From NCBI GenBank assembly GCA_963797555.1, contig CAWCPV010000007.1:288001-352000 (forward strand): DNA of 64,000 bases. The letters are read 5' to 3'. Both the position numbers and the translations under genes were made by a program. Positions 1 to 10,100 of this stretch are shown piece by piece (position 1 is the stretch's first letter; the number at the start of each line of letters is the position of its first letter). The notes beneath the pieces are model-generated. The model had not been told where the DNA came from and did no database searches. It worked only from the letters and a program-made list of their open reading frames with translations. The stretch is from an uncultured Gammaproteobacteria bacterium (GTDB taxonomy: Bacteria; Pseudomonadota; Gammaproteobacteria; CAWCPV01).

Positions 1-13
1 GAGGTAAGAGACG

Positions 14-466
14 ATGGAAGTCATTCTGCTTGAAAAGGTGGAAAATCTTGGGAAGGTGGGCGACCGCGTGGCGGTGCGTCCCGGATATGCGAGGAACTAT
101 CTGTTGCCGAGGCGTAAGGCGCTGCCCGCCACCCCTGAGAATCTGGCTACGGTCGAAGCCCGGCGCGCCGATCTGGAGCAAGCTGCGTCGGACCACATGG
201 GAGCCGCCAAGACCCGCAGCCAGGCATTGAAGAACGTCACGGTGACCATTGCCCGCAAGGCGGGTACGGAGGGCAGGCTGTTTGGATCGGTGGGCGCCGC
301 GGACGTTGCAGAGGCCCTCACGGCGACGGTGGGGTTCCCCGTGCAGAAGCATCAGGTTCGTCTGCCGGCCGGGCCGCTGCGCGAGCTGGGCGACTACGAG
401 GTGGTGATTCACCTGCATGCGGATGTGAATGCCACGGTGAAGGTCAGTATCGTCGCTGAGGTCTGA
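14..466 (+). CDS. rplI: 50S ribosomal protein L9
   Basis: MEVILLEKVENLG...GYARNYLLP N-terminus, GRLFGSV motif; directly upstream of dnaB. Confidence 0.98.
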   Translation: MEVILLEKVENLGKVGDRVAVRPGYARNYLLPRRKALPATPENLATVEARRADLEQAASDHMGAAKTRSQALKNVTVTIARKAGTEGRLFGSVGAADVAEALTATVGFPVQKHQVRLPAGPLRELGDYEVVIHLHADVNATVKVSIVAEV

Positions 467-529
467 GTCGAATCGGGCCGGCACCGGAGATCCGAGGCTT
501 TCTCGGGATCCGCGGGAGGATGGCGCCCG

Positions 530-1931
530 ATGGGGGTGGCGAACGACGGGGGGGAACTGCTAGCAGCGCCGGATACGGCCACGGAGGCGCTGCGGTTACC
601 ACCGCACTCCATTGACGCCGAGCAGTCCGTGCTGGGCGGGCTGATGCTCGACAACAACGCCTGGGACACGGCGGCGGACCGGGTGTCGGAGGCGGATTTC
701 TATCGGCGCGACCATCGTCTCATCTTTCGAGCCATCCATGCGCTGGCCGAGAAAGGCAGCCCGTTCGACGCAGTGACCCTGTCGGAGTGGCTGGGCGGTC
801 AGAACCTGCTGGCGGAGACGGGCGGCCTGGCCTACCTGGGAGCCTTGGCCAAGAACACCCCTAGCGCGGCCAACATCCGGGCATACGCCGACATCGTCCG
901 GGAGCGCGCCGTCCTGCGGCGGCTCATAAGCGTCGGGACGGAGATCGTCGACAGCGCCTTCTACCCCGCGGGCCGCGACAGCAAGACCCTGCTGGATGAA
1001 GCGGAGCAGCGCGTCTTCCAGATTGCCGAACAGATCGCCCGCCACCGCAGCAGTGTTCGGTCCATCAAGGAGTTGCTGGTCAAGGCGGTCGAGCGTATCG
1101 ACACCCTTTTCCAGCTCGACAACCCGATCACCGGCGTGCCCACCGGCTTCCCCGACCTCGACCACCTCACGGCGGGACTGCAGCCTTCGGATCTCGTCAT
1201 CGTCGCAGGGCGCCCGTCCATGGGAAAGACGGCGCTTGCCATCAACATGGCCGAACATGTCGTGATCAAGACGCACCGGCCAGTGGTGGTGTTCAGCATG
1301 GAAATGCCGGGGGAGCAGCTCGCCATGCGCATGATGTCGTCGCTCGCGCGCATCGACCAGCACAAGGTGCGCACCGGCAAGCTCGAAGACGAAGACTGGC
1401 CGCGCCTGACCTCCGCTGTCAGCTTGCTCGCCGACGCCCCGCTGTTCATCGACGACACCGCGGCCATGACCCCCACCGAGATCCGAGCCCGTTGCCGCCG
1501 CCTGAAGCGGGAGCATGATCTCGGCTTGGTGGTGGTCGATTATCTCCAGCTCATGCAGGTTCCGGGCGGCAAGGAGAGCCGCGCCATGGAGATCTCGGAG
1601 ATCTCCCGTTCGTTGAAGGCGCTGGCCAAGGAGCTGGATGTGCCCGTCGTCGCGCTGTCCCAGCTCAACCGCAGCTTGGAGCAACGTCCGGACAAGCGCC
1701 CGCGCATGGCGGACTTGCGCGAGTCCGGCGCCATCGAGCAGGATGCAGAACGTCATCGTGTTCATTTACCGCGACGAGGTCTATAACCCCGACAGCGCGG
1801 ACAAGGGGAAGGCCGAGATCATCGTCGCCAAGCAGCGTAACGGGCCCATTGGGACTGTCCCGCTGACCTTTCTCGGCCAGTACACCCGCTTCGAGAGCTA
1901 CGCCGCACAGGGCTACAGCGACAGGTTCTGA
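530..1931 (+). CDS. dnaB: Replicative DNA helicase DnaB; apparent frameshift near 1748
   Basis: PPHSIDAEQSVLGGL, GRPSMGKT, DYLQLM, DLRESGAIEQDA; C-terminus (VIVFIYRDEVY...KQRNGPIG) continues in ORF 1638..1931. Confidence 0.97.
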
Positions 1932-1933
1932 GC

Positions 1934-3055
1934 ATGGCGCGCGCCCGTGAGGCGATTATCGACCTGGGCGCACTGCGGCTGAATCTCCAGCGCGTGCGGC
2001 GCGCAGCGCCCCGCTCGCGCGTCGTCGCCGTCATCAAGGCCGACGGGTACGGGCACGGTATCGTTGCCGTGGCGCGCGCGCTTGAGGGGGCCGACGCACT
2101 CGGTGTGGCTTGCATGGAAGAGGCCATGGCGCTTCGCGGTGCAGGGATCGCGGCGCCCATCCTGCTGCTCGAGGGCGTCTTCGCCGCGGGTGAGCTGGCG
2201 GACGCCGCTGAGCACGCCCTGACGGTCGTGGTGCACATGGAAGAGCAGATCGCCATGCTGGAGGGCGTGCGGCTCCCGCGCCCGCTGGAGGTATGGGTCA
2301 AGGTCGACACCGGCATGCACCGCCTCGGTTTCCCGCCGCAGGCCGTGCCCGGGGCATTGCGGCGCCTGCGGGCCTGCCAGCAGGTCAGTCGCGTGTGCGG
2401 CCTGATGACCCACCTCGCCTGCGCCGACGATCTCGATCATCCGCTGACTCGCCAGCAGTGGTCCTGCCTGTCGAATGTTGCCGGCGGAGTGCAGGGGGAT
2501 CTCAGCGTGGCCAACTCCGCCGCCATCCTGGGCTGGCCCGACATGCACGTCGACTGGGTGCGGCCGGGCATCATGCTGTACGGGGTCTCTCCGTTTGCGG
2601 ACCGGGTTGGCACCGACCACGATCTGTCGCCGGTCATGACCCTCGGCTCGAACCTCATGGCGATAAAGCAGTGCAAGGGCGGGGAAGCGATCGGCTACGG
2701 GGCGAGCTGGACCTGCCCTGAAGACATGGCGGTCGGCGTGGTCTCCATCGGTTACGGCGACGGCTATCCGCGCCATGCGCCCTCCGGCACCCCGGTGCTC
2801 GTGAACGGCCGGCCCGCTGCGCTCATCGGCCGGGTCTCCATGGACATGCTCTACGTGGACCTGCGCGGCCACCCGCAAGCCCGCGTCGGCGACCCGGTCG
2901 TGCTGTGGGGGCGCGGCTTGCCGGTGGAGACGGTCGCACGCCAAGCCAACACCATCGGTTACGAGCTGCTGTGCCAGGTGACCCGCCGGGTGCCCAGGCG
3001 CCTGCTGGACGACGAAGCGGCTTCCAGCGGTGTCGCGAGTGCTCGATGGGCTTAA
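1934..3055 (+). CDS. alr: Alanine racemase
   Basis: AVIKADGYGHG PLP lysine motif, KVDTGMHRLG, GRVSMDM. Confidence 0.97.
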   Translation: MARAREAIIDLGALRLNLQRVRRAAPRSRVVAVIKADGYGHGIVAVARALEGADALGVACMEEAMALRGAGIAAPILLLEGVFAAGELADAAEHALTVVVHMEEQIAMLEGVRLPRPLEVWVKVDTGMHRLGFPPQAVPGALRRLRACQQVSRVCGLMTHLACADDLDHPLTRQQWSCLSNVAGGVQGDLSVANSAAILGWPDMHVDWVRPGIMLYGVSPFADRVGTDHDLSPVMTLGSNLMAIKQCKGGEAIGYGASWTCPEDMAVGVVSIGYGDGYPRHAPSGTPVLVNGRPAALIGRVSMDMLYVDLRGHPQARVGDPVVLWGRGLPVETVARQANTIGYELLCQVTRRVPRRLLDDEAASSGVASARWA

Positions 3056-3115
3056 CCCGTCATGGCGCGATTCGCTGCCCCGAACCATGAAAACGGTTGA
3101 AGCGCCAAGACGGGT

Positions 3116-3225
3116 TCCCTCACCCTTCCTCTCCCGCACCTTACCCCCGGCCCCTCTCCACAATCGTGAAGAGGGGTGCGATCGCACTCTTCTCCACTTC
3201 GTGGGGAAGGGTTGGGGAAGGGGCC
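3116..3225. repeat. Intergenic imperfect inverted repeat (CCCTCACCC...CCTCTCCC / GGGGAAGGGTTGGGGAAGGGG type, REP-like)
   Basis: C/T-rich arm at 3116-3160 is roughly complementary to G/A-rich arm at 3201-3225, between alr and radA. Confidence 0.45.
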
Positions 3226-3287
3226 GGGACAGGGGATTTTGCGGCGCCTTCGGCGCATTTTCATATTGATCATTGCACCCCGCGCCG

Positions 3288-4646
3288 ATGGCCCGCGCTA
3301 AACCGAATTACGCCTGCACCGAGTGCGGTGCCCACCTCACCAAGTGGACTGGCCGCTGCTCGGAGTGCGGCGCCTGGAACAGCATCGAGGAGGTTCCCGC
3401 CGCACCGGTGGCCGCTGGACGCGGCCGCGCGGGGGGCTACACGGGGCACGCGTCCGAGGTCGTCCTGCTGCAGCAGGTAGAGACCGCGCCGGAGATGCGC
3501 AGCTCCAGCGCCAGCGCCGAGCTCGACCGCGTGCTCGGGGGCGGACTCGTGTCGGGCTCGGTCGTGCTGATCGGCGGGGACCCGGGCATCGGCAAGTCCA
3601 CCCTGCTGCTGCAGACCACGGCTGCCATGTCCGCACAGATGCCCGTGCTGTACGTCACGGGCGAGGAGTCCCCGCAACAGGTGGCGCTGCGGGCGCGCCG
3701 GCTCGGCTTGGGCGGGGACGTGCGCCTGCTGAGCGAAACCGGGATCGAGCCCATCCTGATGGCGGTTGCGCGGGAACGGCCTCAGGTCCTGGTCATCGAT
3801 TCCGTCCAATCCGTGTACACCGAACAGCTCGCCTCTGCGCCCGGCACGGTGGGGCAGGTGCGGGAGAGCGCTGCGGTGCTGGTGCGGCTCGCCAAGCAGA
3901 GCGGGACCGCCATCTTCCTCGTGGGGCACGTCACCAAAGAGGGAACTCTGGCCGGGCCCCGAGTACTCGAGCACATGGTGGACACGGTGCTCTACTTCGA
4001 AGGGGACGCGAGCAGCCGCTACCGCGTCATCCGCTCGGTCAAGAACCGCTTCGGGCCGGTCAACGAGATCGGCGTGTTCGCGATGACGGACCGGGGCCTG
4101 CGGGACGTGAGCAATCCTTCCGCCATCTTTCTGTCCCGCCACAGCGATCCGGTGCCGGGAAGCGTAGTGATGGTCACCCGGGAGGGCAGCCGCCCGCTGC
4201 TCGTGGAGGTCCAGGCCCTGGTCGATGAAAGTCACGGCTCCAGCCCACGCCGGGTGACGGTCGGCCTGGAGCAGAACCGCCTCGCCATGCTGCTGGCGGT
4301 CCTGCACCGCCACGCAGGGGTGGTGAGCTACGACCAGGACGTGTTCCTGAACGTGGTCGGCGGGGTGCGCGTCACCGAGACCGCGGCGGACTTGCCAGCG
4401 CTGCTCGCCATCCTGTCGAGCCTCAGGAACCGCCCGCTGCCGCAGGATCTGGTGGTGTTCGGGGAGGTCGGGCTGTCGGGAGAGGTCAGGCCCGTTCCGG
4501 GAGGCACCGAGCGCCTGCAGGACGCGGCCAAGCACGGATTCCACCGCGCCCTGGTGCCGCGCGCCAACGCCCCGCGCCGCGATTCTGCATCCGGGATCGA
4601 GTGCACGGCCGTGGACCGGGTGGCCGATGCGCTGGCGGTGCTCTGA
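3288..4646 (+). CDS. radA: DNA repair protein RadA/Sms
   Basis: CxxC...CxxC Zn finger, GGDPGIGKS, KNRFG motif, Lon-like C-terminus. Confidence 0.98.
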   Translation: MARAKPNYACTECGAHLTKWTGRCSECGAWNSIEEVPAAPVAAGRGRAGGYTGHASEVVLLQQVETAPEMRSSSASAELDRVLGGGLVSGSVVLIGGDPGIGKSTLLLQTTAAMSAQMPVLYVTGEESPQQVALRARRLGLGGDVRLLSETGIEPILMAVARERPQVLVIDSVQSVYTEQLASAPGTVGQVRESAAVLVRLAKQSGTAIFLVGHVTKEGTLAGPRVLEHMVDTVLYFEGDASSRYRVIRSVKNRFGPVNEIGVFAMTDRGLRDVSNPSAIFLSRHSDPVPGSVVMVTREGSRPLLVEVQALVDESHGSSPRRVTVGLEQNRLAMLLAVLHRHAGVVSYDQDVFLNVVGGVRVTETAADLPALLAILSSLRNRPLPQDLVVFGEVGLSGEVRPVPGGTERLQDAAKHGFHRALVPRANAPRRDSASGIECTAVDRVADALAVL

Positions 4647-4704
4647 CCGGCTGTGACGGTCGGGCACAACGGCCCGGTCCAACGGCCCGACCCGGCTTCT
4701 CGAA

Positions 4705-4850
4705 CCCGAGTGGGATGGGTGGGACGAAGGGCAAGCCATCGGCACTCCTTCGCCGAAACCCTCCCCCGGACGGATCGGCGCATCGCTTTCCCCATCTAAC
4801 GGGCAAACGTAGCGGTGAAACGTCGAATACGGCCAGTCCAAAGAGCCGCG
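4705..4850 (-). pseudogene. 3' remnant of a REP-associated tyrosine transposase (RAYT) with adjacent REP-like hairpin
   Basis: DWPYSTFHRYV...GFGE matches the RAYT C-terminal signature; GATGGGT...GCCATC hairpin at about 4712-4740. Confidence 0.6.
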
Positions 4851-4904
4851 TCCTCACGCGGTCAGCGCCCTGCCTGACGGGATCTCCCCTCGAAAGGCGG
4901 CATG

Positions 4905-5125
4905 CCGCCCTTGACATTCCCCGTGTGGGCTGTGCAAGCTTGTGCGCGTGGCGCTGACTGGCTTCCTGGTGGCAAGCTCCGTTGGGAGAGCCGGGTCCGG
5001 GAGTGCGTAGAAGGTGGCGGAAAAGACCACCGGGGAGGTGCAATGGGAGGCAACACCGCAACTTCAAGGTGTCCGTCAGGCTCGGGCGGTCCGCGCCGAG
5101 GCCCGGATCACCAAGGCGCGCCGTG
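4905..5125 (+). mobile_element. Probable terminus relic of an IS91-like (integrase + Y2 transposase) element
   Basis: CCCCGTGTGGGCTGTGCAAGCTTGTGCGCGTGGCGCTGACTGGCTTCCTGGTGGCAAGCTCCGTTGGGAGAGCC resembles, from memory, ends of such elements; followed by a short tyrosine-recombinase-like fragment (VRQAR..ARITK). Confidence 0.35.
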
Positions 5126-5304
5126 CGGCTCCAGTCTCTCCAGTGCAGATAGGCGGAAGATGTCCGCCTTTCCCCGGAAGGGGCGTCCGCTGTGCCGGCG
5201 TCGTTAGTGCTCGAGTATCACTCAAGTGTCTGTTCGTCTGGGCGAACCACTCGGTCGGCGGCCACCTGAGCGGTCCGGCGGCCGGCCCGTGGTCTGCGGG
5301 ATAG

Positions 5305-5360
5305 GCGGACAATGTCCGTGTTTAAACACGGACAACGTCCGTCTACTCATATGTTAGGGC
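5305..5360 (+). other. attI-like site at the head of the cassette array
   Basis: Palindrome TGTCCGTGTTTAAACACGGACA then GTCCGTCTACTCATAT-GTTAGGGC; the core is complementary to GCCCTAAC of the first attC; no attC-type hairpin upstream. Confidence 0.55.
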
Positions 5361-5381
5361 GATCAAGAGAAGGGACGTAAT

Positions 5382-5999
5382 GTGACAACACTAGATAAAG
5401 AACGACCCGCACAAGACATCGATCCCGATCCGCTTTCCGCATTGGTGATCGCACTTGGTGCCGTCGGATCCATTGCCTCTATCTATGCCGTAGTGGACTC
5501 AAGAGTTTCGAAATACAGGCAAGAGCGCCAAGCCAATTGCAATGCTATTCGTGATGCCGTGATGGGGGTGGAGACATCACTCAATGAGCTACGAGGGTAC
5601 GTTAAGTCTCTCGAAATCAGCTTCTTGACGGGAACCCAGTCAAGATCGCCTGATCGAAACTCGATGTTGTCGATGGCTCAGTTCGGAAGCGTTCGACTCG
5701 TTTTTACAAGAGATGGATACGAGAGATGGCGAGAGATCGAAGAGGGAATACTTGTCGCCGTTGGTAGGATGAATAAACATGTGAACGACTTGATTCGCCA
5801 TTTTGCCACGTCTGATATTGCTTTACCTAGCGAAATCGCCAGCCGACTACAGAATACAATTGGTCGCATGAATGAAATACTTCACGGAATGAGTCAAATG
5901 CATTTCGAACGGTTGTTCGGCCTCTTGGAGGCGGTAATGGGAGAATGCATGGAAGTTATGGGCCGATTCAGAATGACCATATATGAGATCTGCAGATGA
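5382..5999 (+). CDS. Gene cassette 1: hypothetical protein, N-terminal TM helix, helical body
   Basis: 205-aa lower-GC ORF bounded by GTTAGGGC (5353) and GCCCTAAC (6001). Confidence 0.75.
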   Translation: MTTLDKERPAQDIDPDPLSALVIALGAVGSIASIYAVVDSRVSKYRQERQANCNAIRDAVMGVETSLNELRGYVKSLEISFLTGTQSRSPDRNSMLSMAQFGSVRLVFTRDGYERWREIEEGILVAVGRMNKHVNDLIRHFATSDIALPSEIASRLQNTIGRMNEILHGMSQMHFERLFGLLEAVMGECMEVMGRFRMTIYEICR

Positions 6000-6000
6000 A

Positions 6001-6061
6001 GCCCTAACCAGGCGCTCCAGCGGACCGCTCCTAACGTCGCGGCCGCTGAGCTTTATCGTTA
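6001..6061 (+). other. attC site 1, with R' core interrupted by the intron
   Basis: GCCCTAAC-CAGGCGCTCCAGCGGACCGC...GCGGCCGCTGAGC-TTTATC-GTTA; the rest of the core (GGC) resumes at 6858. Confidence 0.85.
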
Positions 6062-6857
6062 TCGCGCTGGGCAAAGCTCGGCGCTTCTTGCAGGGTGAGA
6101 GTCCCTGTCGGGAGAGAGGTCTAAGGCATCTTCATAAGGGCTAGCCACCCACCCGTATCGAAGTCTTGGGTCCGTGGCGGAGTCGTCGAGAGGCTGCGAA
6201 CAAGACGGGCTAAGCGTAGACAGAGTATCCTGTAGGCCGTAGGGGAGGCCGCGCTCCCTGAAGTGCTGGTACAGCTTCGAGATAAGCTTGTTGCGGACGC
6301 CGAGGGTTTTAACGTGCACCGAAGGCAACACAAGAGCATCCGTCTGTGGCGAGGGTGTGAAGGTCCGCCGGAGTCCTCAGGCCGTGGCATGCAGGAAGAG
6401 AGGCGTCAGAGAACCCAGGAGGCCCCATCGGCTCCTGGCCGGAGGGAAGCCGGACAGACGGTATACGGCTATTGAGGCACGGAAGGGGAAACCCGGGAAC
6501 AGGGTTAGGCCGGAACCTAAGTGGACGGAGGGAACCCGGAGCAGGAAGGCGGAGAAGTACTGTAGAAGGGAAAGCCTGCCAGATGCGGTTGGGGAGTCTT
6601 ATCAGGCATAGTACTCGGAGGTGGGGAAAGCCCACCACAAGGGGAAGGACCTGACGGAAGTACGCAGCCTGTAAAGGAAACTTGCACCGGACAGAGTCGG
6701 GCCGGAGAATGTAAGCGAACCTCACTGCGGGCAATAGCAAACAGACGGCGAGTCGTCGTCTGCGCGGAAGCGAGTACAACCGAGGAACCGGATGCGGAAA
6801 AACTGCACGTCCGGGTCTGTGCCGGGGGCGGCGGGTGACCGCCGTCCCTACGGCGGA
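6062..6857 (+). ncRNA. ORF-less group II intron (class E-like), non-autonomous
   Basis: 5' end TCGCGCTGGGCAAAGCTCGGCGC; domain V GAGGAACCGGATGCGGAAAAACTGCACGTCCGGGTCTGTGCCGGGG at 6782-6827; domain VI hairpin ending CCCTACGGCGGA; DIV holds only IEP end stubs (TSLRAIANR); removing it restores GTTAGGC. Confidence 0.85.
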
Positions 6858-6897
6858 GGCGTCACAATTTCCTTGACATCACTGCGAAGGCCGCATC

Positions 6898-7533
6898 ATG
6901 GAACCAGCAAACTATTTCACCACTGCAGCAAGTCTCATGGAGTTCCTAAATTCCACGGAAACTGGCCTGTCTCACCGAACGGCTGGCGCCCGTCTCTTAA
7001 GACTCGGATGCAAGGCGCTTCGTGACCTGAGTCGGGACATGGAACCCGATGGAGACATTGCGTGGGCGCTGAATCATCTAGCCGTCGTAGATAAGACGGG
7101 CCGACAGCTAGACGACTTTGAAGATTCCGGCCGTGCAATCTTTGACGTGTTTATCGCCGCCGAGTCCAGTCTCTTCGAGAAGATCGGCATGCCCCCTGAC
7201 ATTCGGCGGTTCGTGATGAATAGAGCGACCGATCTCAAGCATGAGTACTGGAATCTGGAGAACATACCGCCTGCTACTTGGACGCGAATGCAACAAGAAG
7301 TGCAGGCCCTTGCGGCTGAAATTTGCAGCTACGCTGAATCTTTCGTCGAACTCGAAAAATGGCGCCATGCTGGCAACAGAAGTGCATTTGTGCTCATTGG
7401 TGGCGGGATCATTACTCTCAACGCTTCTCCAGCGGCGCTTGATCTCGGCCTTACAACTTGGATGACTGCAAAGTCCGGAAAATTGGGAAGCTGGATCATG
7501 AAGATGGGAACACGCGAGAGCGAGATGAAGTGA
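6898..7533 (+). CDS. Gene cassette 2: hypothetical protein
   Basis: 211-aa ORF whose stop codon abuts the attC R'' GCCTAAC. Confidence 0.75.
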   Translation: MEPANYFTTAASLMEFLNSTETGLSHRTAGARLLRLGCKALRDLSRDMEPDGDIAWALNHLAVVDKTGRQLDDFEDSGRAIFDVFIAAESSLFEKIGMPPDIRRFVMNRATDLKHEYWNLENIPPATWTRMQQEVQALAAEICSYAESFVELEKWRHAGNRSAFVLIGGGIITLNASPAALDLGLTTWMTAKSGKLGSWIMKMGTRESEMK

Positions 7534-7534
7534 G

Positions 7535-7611
7535 GCCTAACCACTCGTCGCAGCGGACAACACCCGTGCGTTCGCACGGGTGTTGTCCGTTGAACTCACA
7601 CGGCGTTAGGT
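7535..7611 (+). other. attC site 2
   Basis: GCCTAAC...CGGACAACACCCGTGCG-TT-CGCACGGGTGTTGTCCG...GTTAGGT. Confidence 0.85.
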
Positions 7612-7618
7612 CTGTAAA

Positions 7619-8221
7619 TTGATCTACGCCCAAACTCCATCAAGAATCACCAAGGAAATTGAAGAGGTATGCGCACAAATCACAACAGCGCATAAGCCCA
7701 TATTTCTGCGGGTCACCCAGCAACCTTGGAGTGCACTTCAAGAGTGTTACCAGAATGTAAAGATTGCCGTTGATCATCACGGCGGCTCTCTTGTATATGG
7801 CTAGAATATATTTCTTTGGCCTCGGGTTTGGATTGAACGTGAAGCTCATGCTGCCTGGAAAAACGAAAAAGGCGAGCTTGTTGAAGTAACTCCACGTCCG
7901 GACAATGAGGAAATTCTGCTATTCCTTCAGGATGACAGTGCAGAATATAAAGGCATAAGGCATGATAATCTTCGGTTTTCATTAGCTTCCTCGCCTATTG
8001 TTCATGAGCTTATAGCGGTATCTCAGGAAAGGTTTAAGGTACTTACGCAATATGCAACGCCGCTCTCAAACCAAGTACAGGTTGCTGTTGTTGCATTCCG
8101 AGCAATTGAGCAGAAATTCCAACAACTACATGAAGCCATAAATTGGAAACCTCAACGTAATGATTTGTGTCCATGCGGCAGCAGAAAGAAATACAAGCAT
8201 TGCCATGAAAAACAAACCTAA
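7619..8221 (+). pseudogene. Gene cassette 3: SEC-C motif protein, interrupted by a stop and frameshift(s)
   Basis: Low-GC ORF 7619..7804 stops at TAG; downstream sequence encodes RNDLCPCGSRKKYKHCH (SEC-C) ending at the TAA inside R''. Confidence 0.75.
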
Positions 8222-8337
8222 CAATGCGCTGCAGCCGACCGGCCATGAAGCGGCTTCGTTTTCCGTCTGCTCGTCACTCACTCTCGGCTCTCCTGTTGCG
8301 CTCAGCGCCGGGCCGGCGGCTGAGCTTGGCGTTGAAC
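8216..8337 (+). other. attC site 3
   Basis: ACCTAAC-AATGCGCTGCAGCCGACCGGCC...GGCCGGCGGCTGAGC-TTGGC-GTTGAAC; R'' is complementary to GTTAGGT at 7605. Confidence 0.8.
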
Positions 8338-8515
8338 TAAACCGCTTACGCGGTGGTTTCGTTTCCTTAGCGTTTCCGCTTTATTTCTGGCTGAATTTCC
8401 ACCCCATTTCGACGCTGTCATGCACCCCGACATTCACCGGGGCACCATTTTGCCTGACGTTTTGCGAGGTCTCATGACCGCTCTGCCAAGCTGTATGTGT
8501 AGCCGAATGGAGCCG

Positions 8516-9474
8516 AATGGGGTCAGACACGATATCTGTGCTATCCTTCGTGCAGTCAGTTCACGACCTGAACCGCCATGGCCCGCCTTCCCGGCTACGT
8601 CATCCCCGGGCAACCGCAGCACATCATCCACGCGGCAACAACCGCCAGGGTATACCAGGGTATATCGGGGGTCAGTTCCCGCCTTGTAGCCTGCCGAGGA
8701 CATGGTGTCGTGCGGGCCATGGCGAGACGGCCGCGCATCGAATTCTCCGGGTGCACGGTATTATGTGGCCTCTCGCGGTGATCGGCGCGAGCCATCTTCG
8801 ATGATGACGGAGATCGTCAGAGGTTTCTGAGCACGCTGGCCGAGGTGGTCCAGCGGTTCAACTGAGGCGTTTAGAGGCAAGCGTCGGCATCAGCGCGGCC
8901 ACCTGTTTCAGGGGCGGTTCGCTGGCGAGAACGTGATAGAGCGAGGTCAGAATGGGGTCAGACACGATAGCGGTGCTATCCTTCTTGCAGTCAGTTCACG
9001 ACCTGAACCGCCATGGCCCGCCTTCCCGGCTAACGTCATCCCCGGGCAACCGCAGCACATCATCCACGCGGCAACAACCGCCAGGGTATACCAGGGTATA
9101 TCGGGGGTCAGTTCCCGCCTTGTAGCCTGCCGAGGACATGGTGTCGTGCGGGCCATGGCGAGACGGCCGCGCATCGAATTCTCCGGGTGCAGGGTATTAT
9201 GTGGCCTCTCGCGGTGATCGGCGCGAGCCCATCTTCGATGAGGACGGAGATCGCCAGAGGTTTCTGAGCACGCTGGCCGAGGTGGTCCAGCGGTTCAACT
9301 GGTTGTGCCATGCGTACTGACCAATCATTACCACTGGTAATGTGAACCCCGCAGGACAATCTGTCCAAAGGCATGCGGCAGCTCAATGGCGTTTACACGC
9401 AGGCGTCGAACCGGCGGCATCAGCGCAGCGGCCACCTGTTTCAGGGGCGGTTCGCTGGCGAGAACGTGATAGAG
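8516..9474 (+). repeat. Tandem duplication (8516-8941 and 8951-9474) of chimeric RAYT/Y1 transposase fragments
   Basis: Each copy has AATGGGGTCAGACACGAT + MARLPGYVIPGQPQHII + GGGGTCAGTTC + MARRPRIEFSG...RGDRREPIF; copy 1 has an internal deletion. Confidence 0.8.
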
Positions 9475-9981
9475 TGAACAGATCTGGGGCCTCGGAGGCA
9501 CCGTGCTAGATGGCGAACGGACCCGATCACCTGGCACCTGAGCGGTGATCCACAGCGCGAGGGACATGGCCATGTCTGACTGGATTGTCGTGAACGTCAT
9601 TGACGTGTGTCCTCAGGTCGGCCTCGTCCCGTTGGGAACGCCACTGCGTCGATAGTCCGTTAGGGCTGCGGGCTAGCGCGACTCCTGATGACCGACTGAG
9701 TAGCGGGCCGTGGCCGGTCCGGGTTCTCGCAGCAAATGCAGTGGGAGGATGCGTGATCCCGGCCGAATCGGGATATCATGAAACCGAACCGTTGCCGAAA
9801 TCTTGGAAGCTACTTTGACCGGCGCTGCCGAGGACGAGGTCGTCTCTTGGTCGCGGGCAATTTGCATCGCGTGGCCTGGCCGCACATCGGAGGATTCATG
9901 GGATGAACTCCTATCGCCTGGCGTCTGACATTGTCGTCCGGACGCGTTAGCCGGAATGTCCTGCTTACTTGCCGACGTTTG

Positions 9982-10061
9982 TCCTAACCATAACCAGCCG
10001 ATGGACAGCGACCGGCGAACCCGCTGCGCGGCTTCCCCGACGCGTCTCGGCGACATTGGGC
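9982..10061 (+). other. Degenerate attC-like site upstream of hicBA
   Basis: TAAC box, imperfect GC hairpin, ends ATTGGGC (mutated GTTRRRY). Confidence 0.35.
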
Positions 10062-10100
10062 GGTCGAACACAGAATGAATCTCTGCGGGAGGTGCTAACC

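Noticed and set aside
6059-7025. ORFs 6059..6331, 6263..6475, 6288..6611, 6309..6779 and 6792..7025 as proteins
   Set aside because: They overlap the group II intron RNA domains and have no RT or other motifs.
8338-8475. Possible IS-end relic (TTTTGCGAGGTCTC) after attC3
   Set aside because: No partner inverted repeat or transposase sequence found; too short to support.
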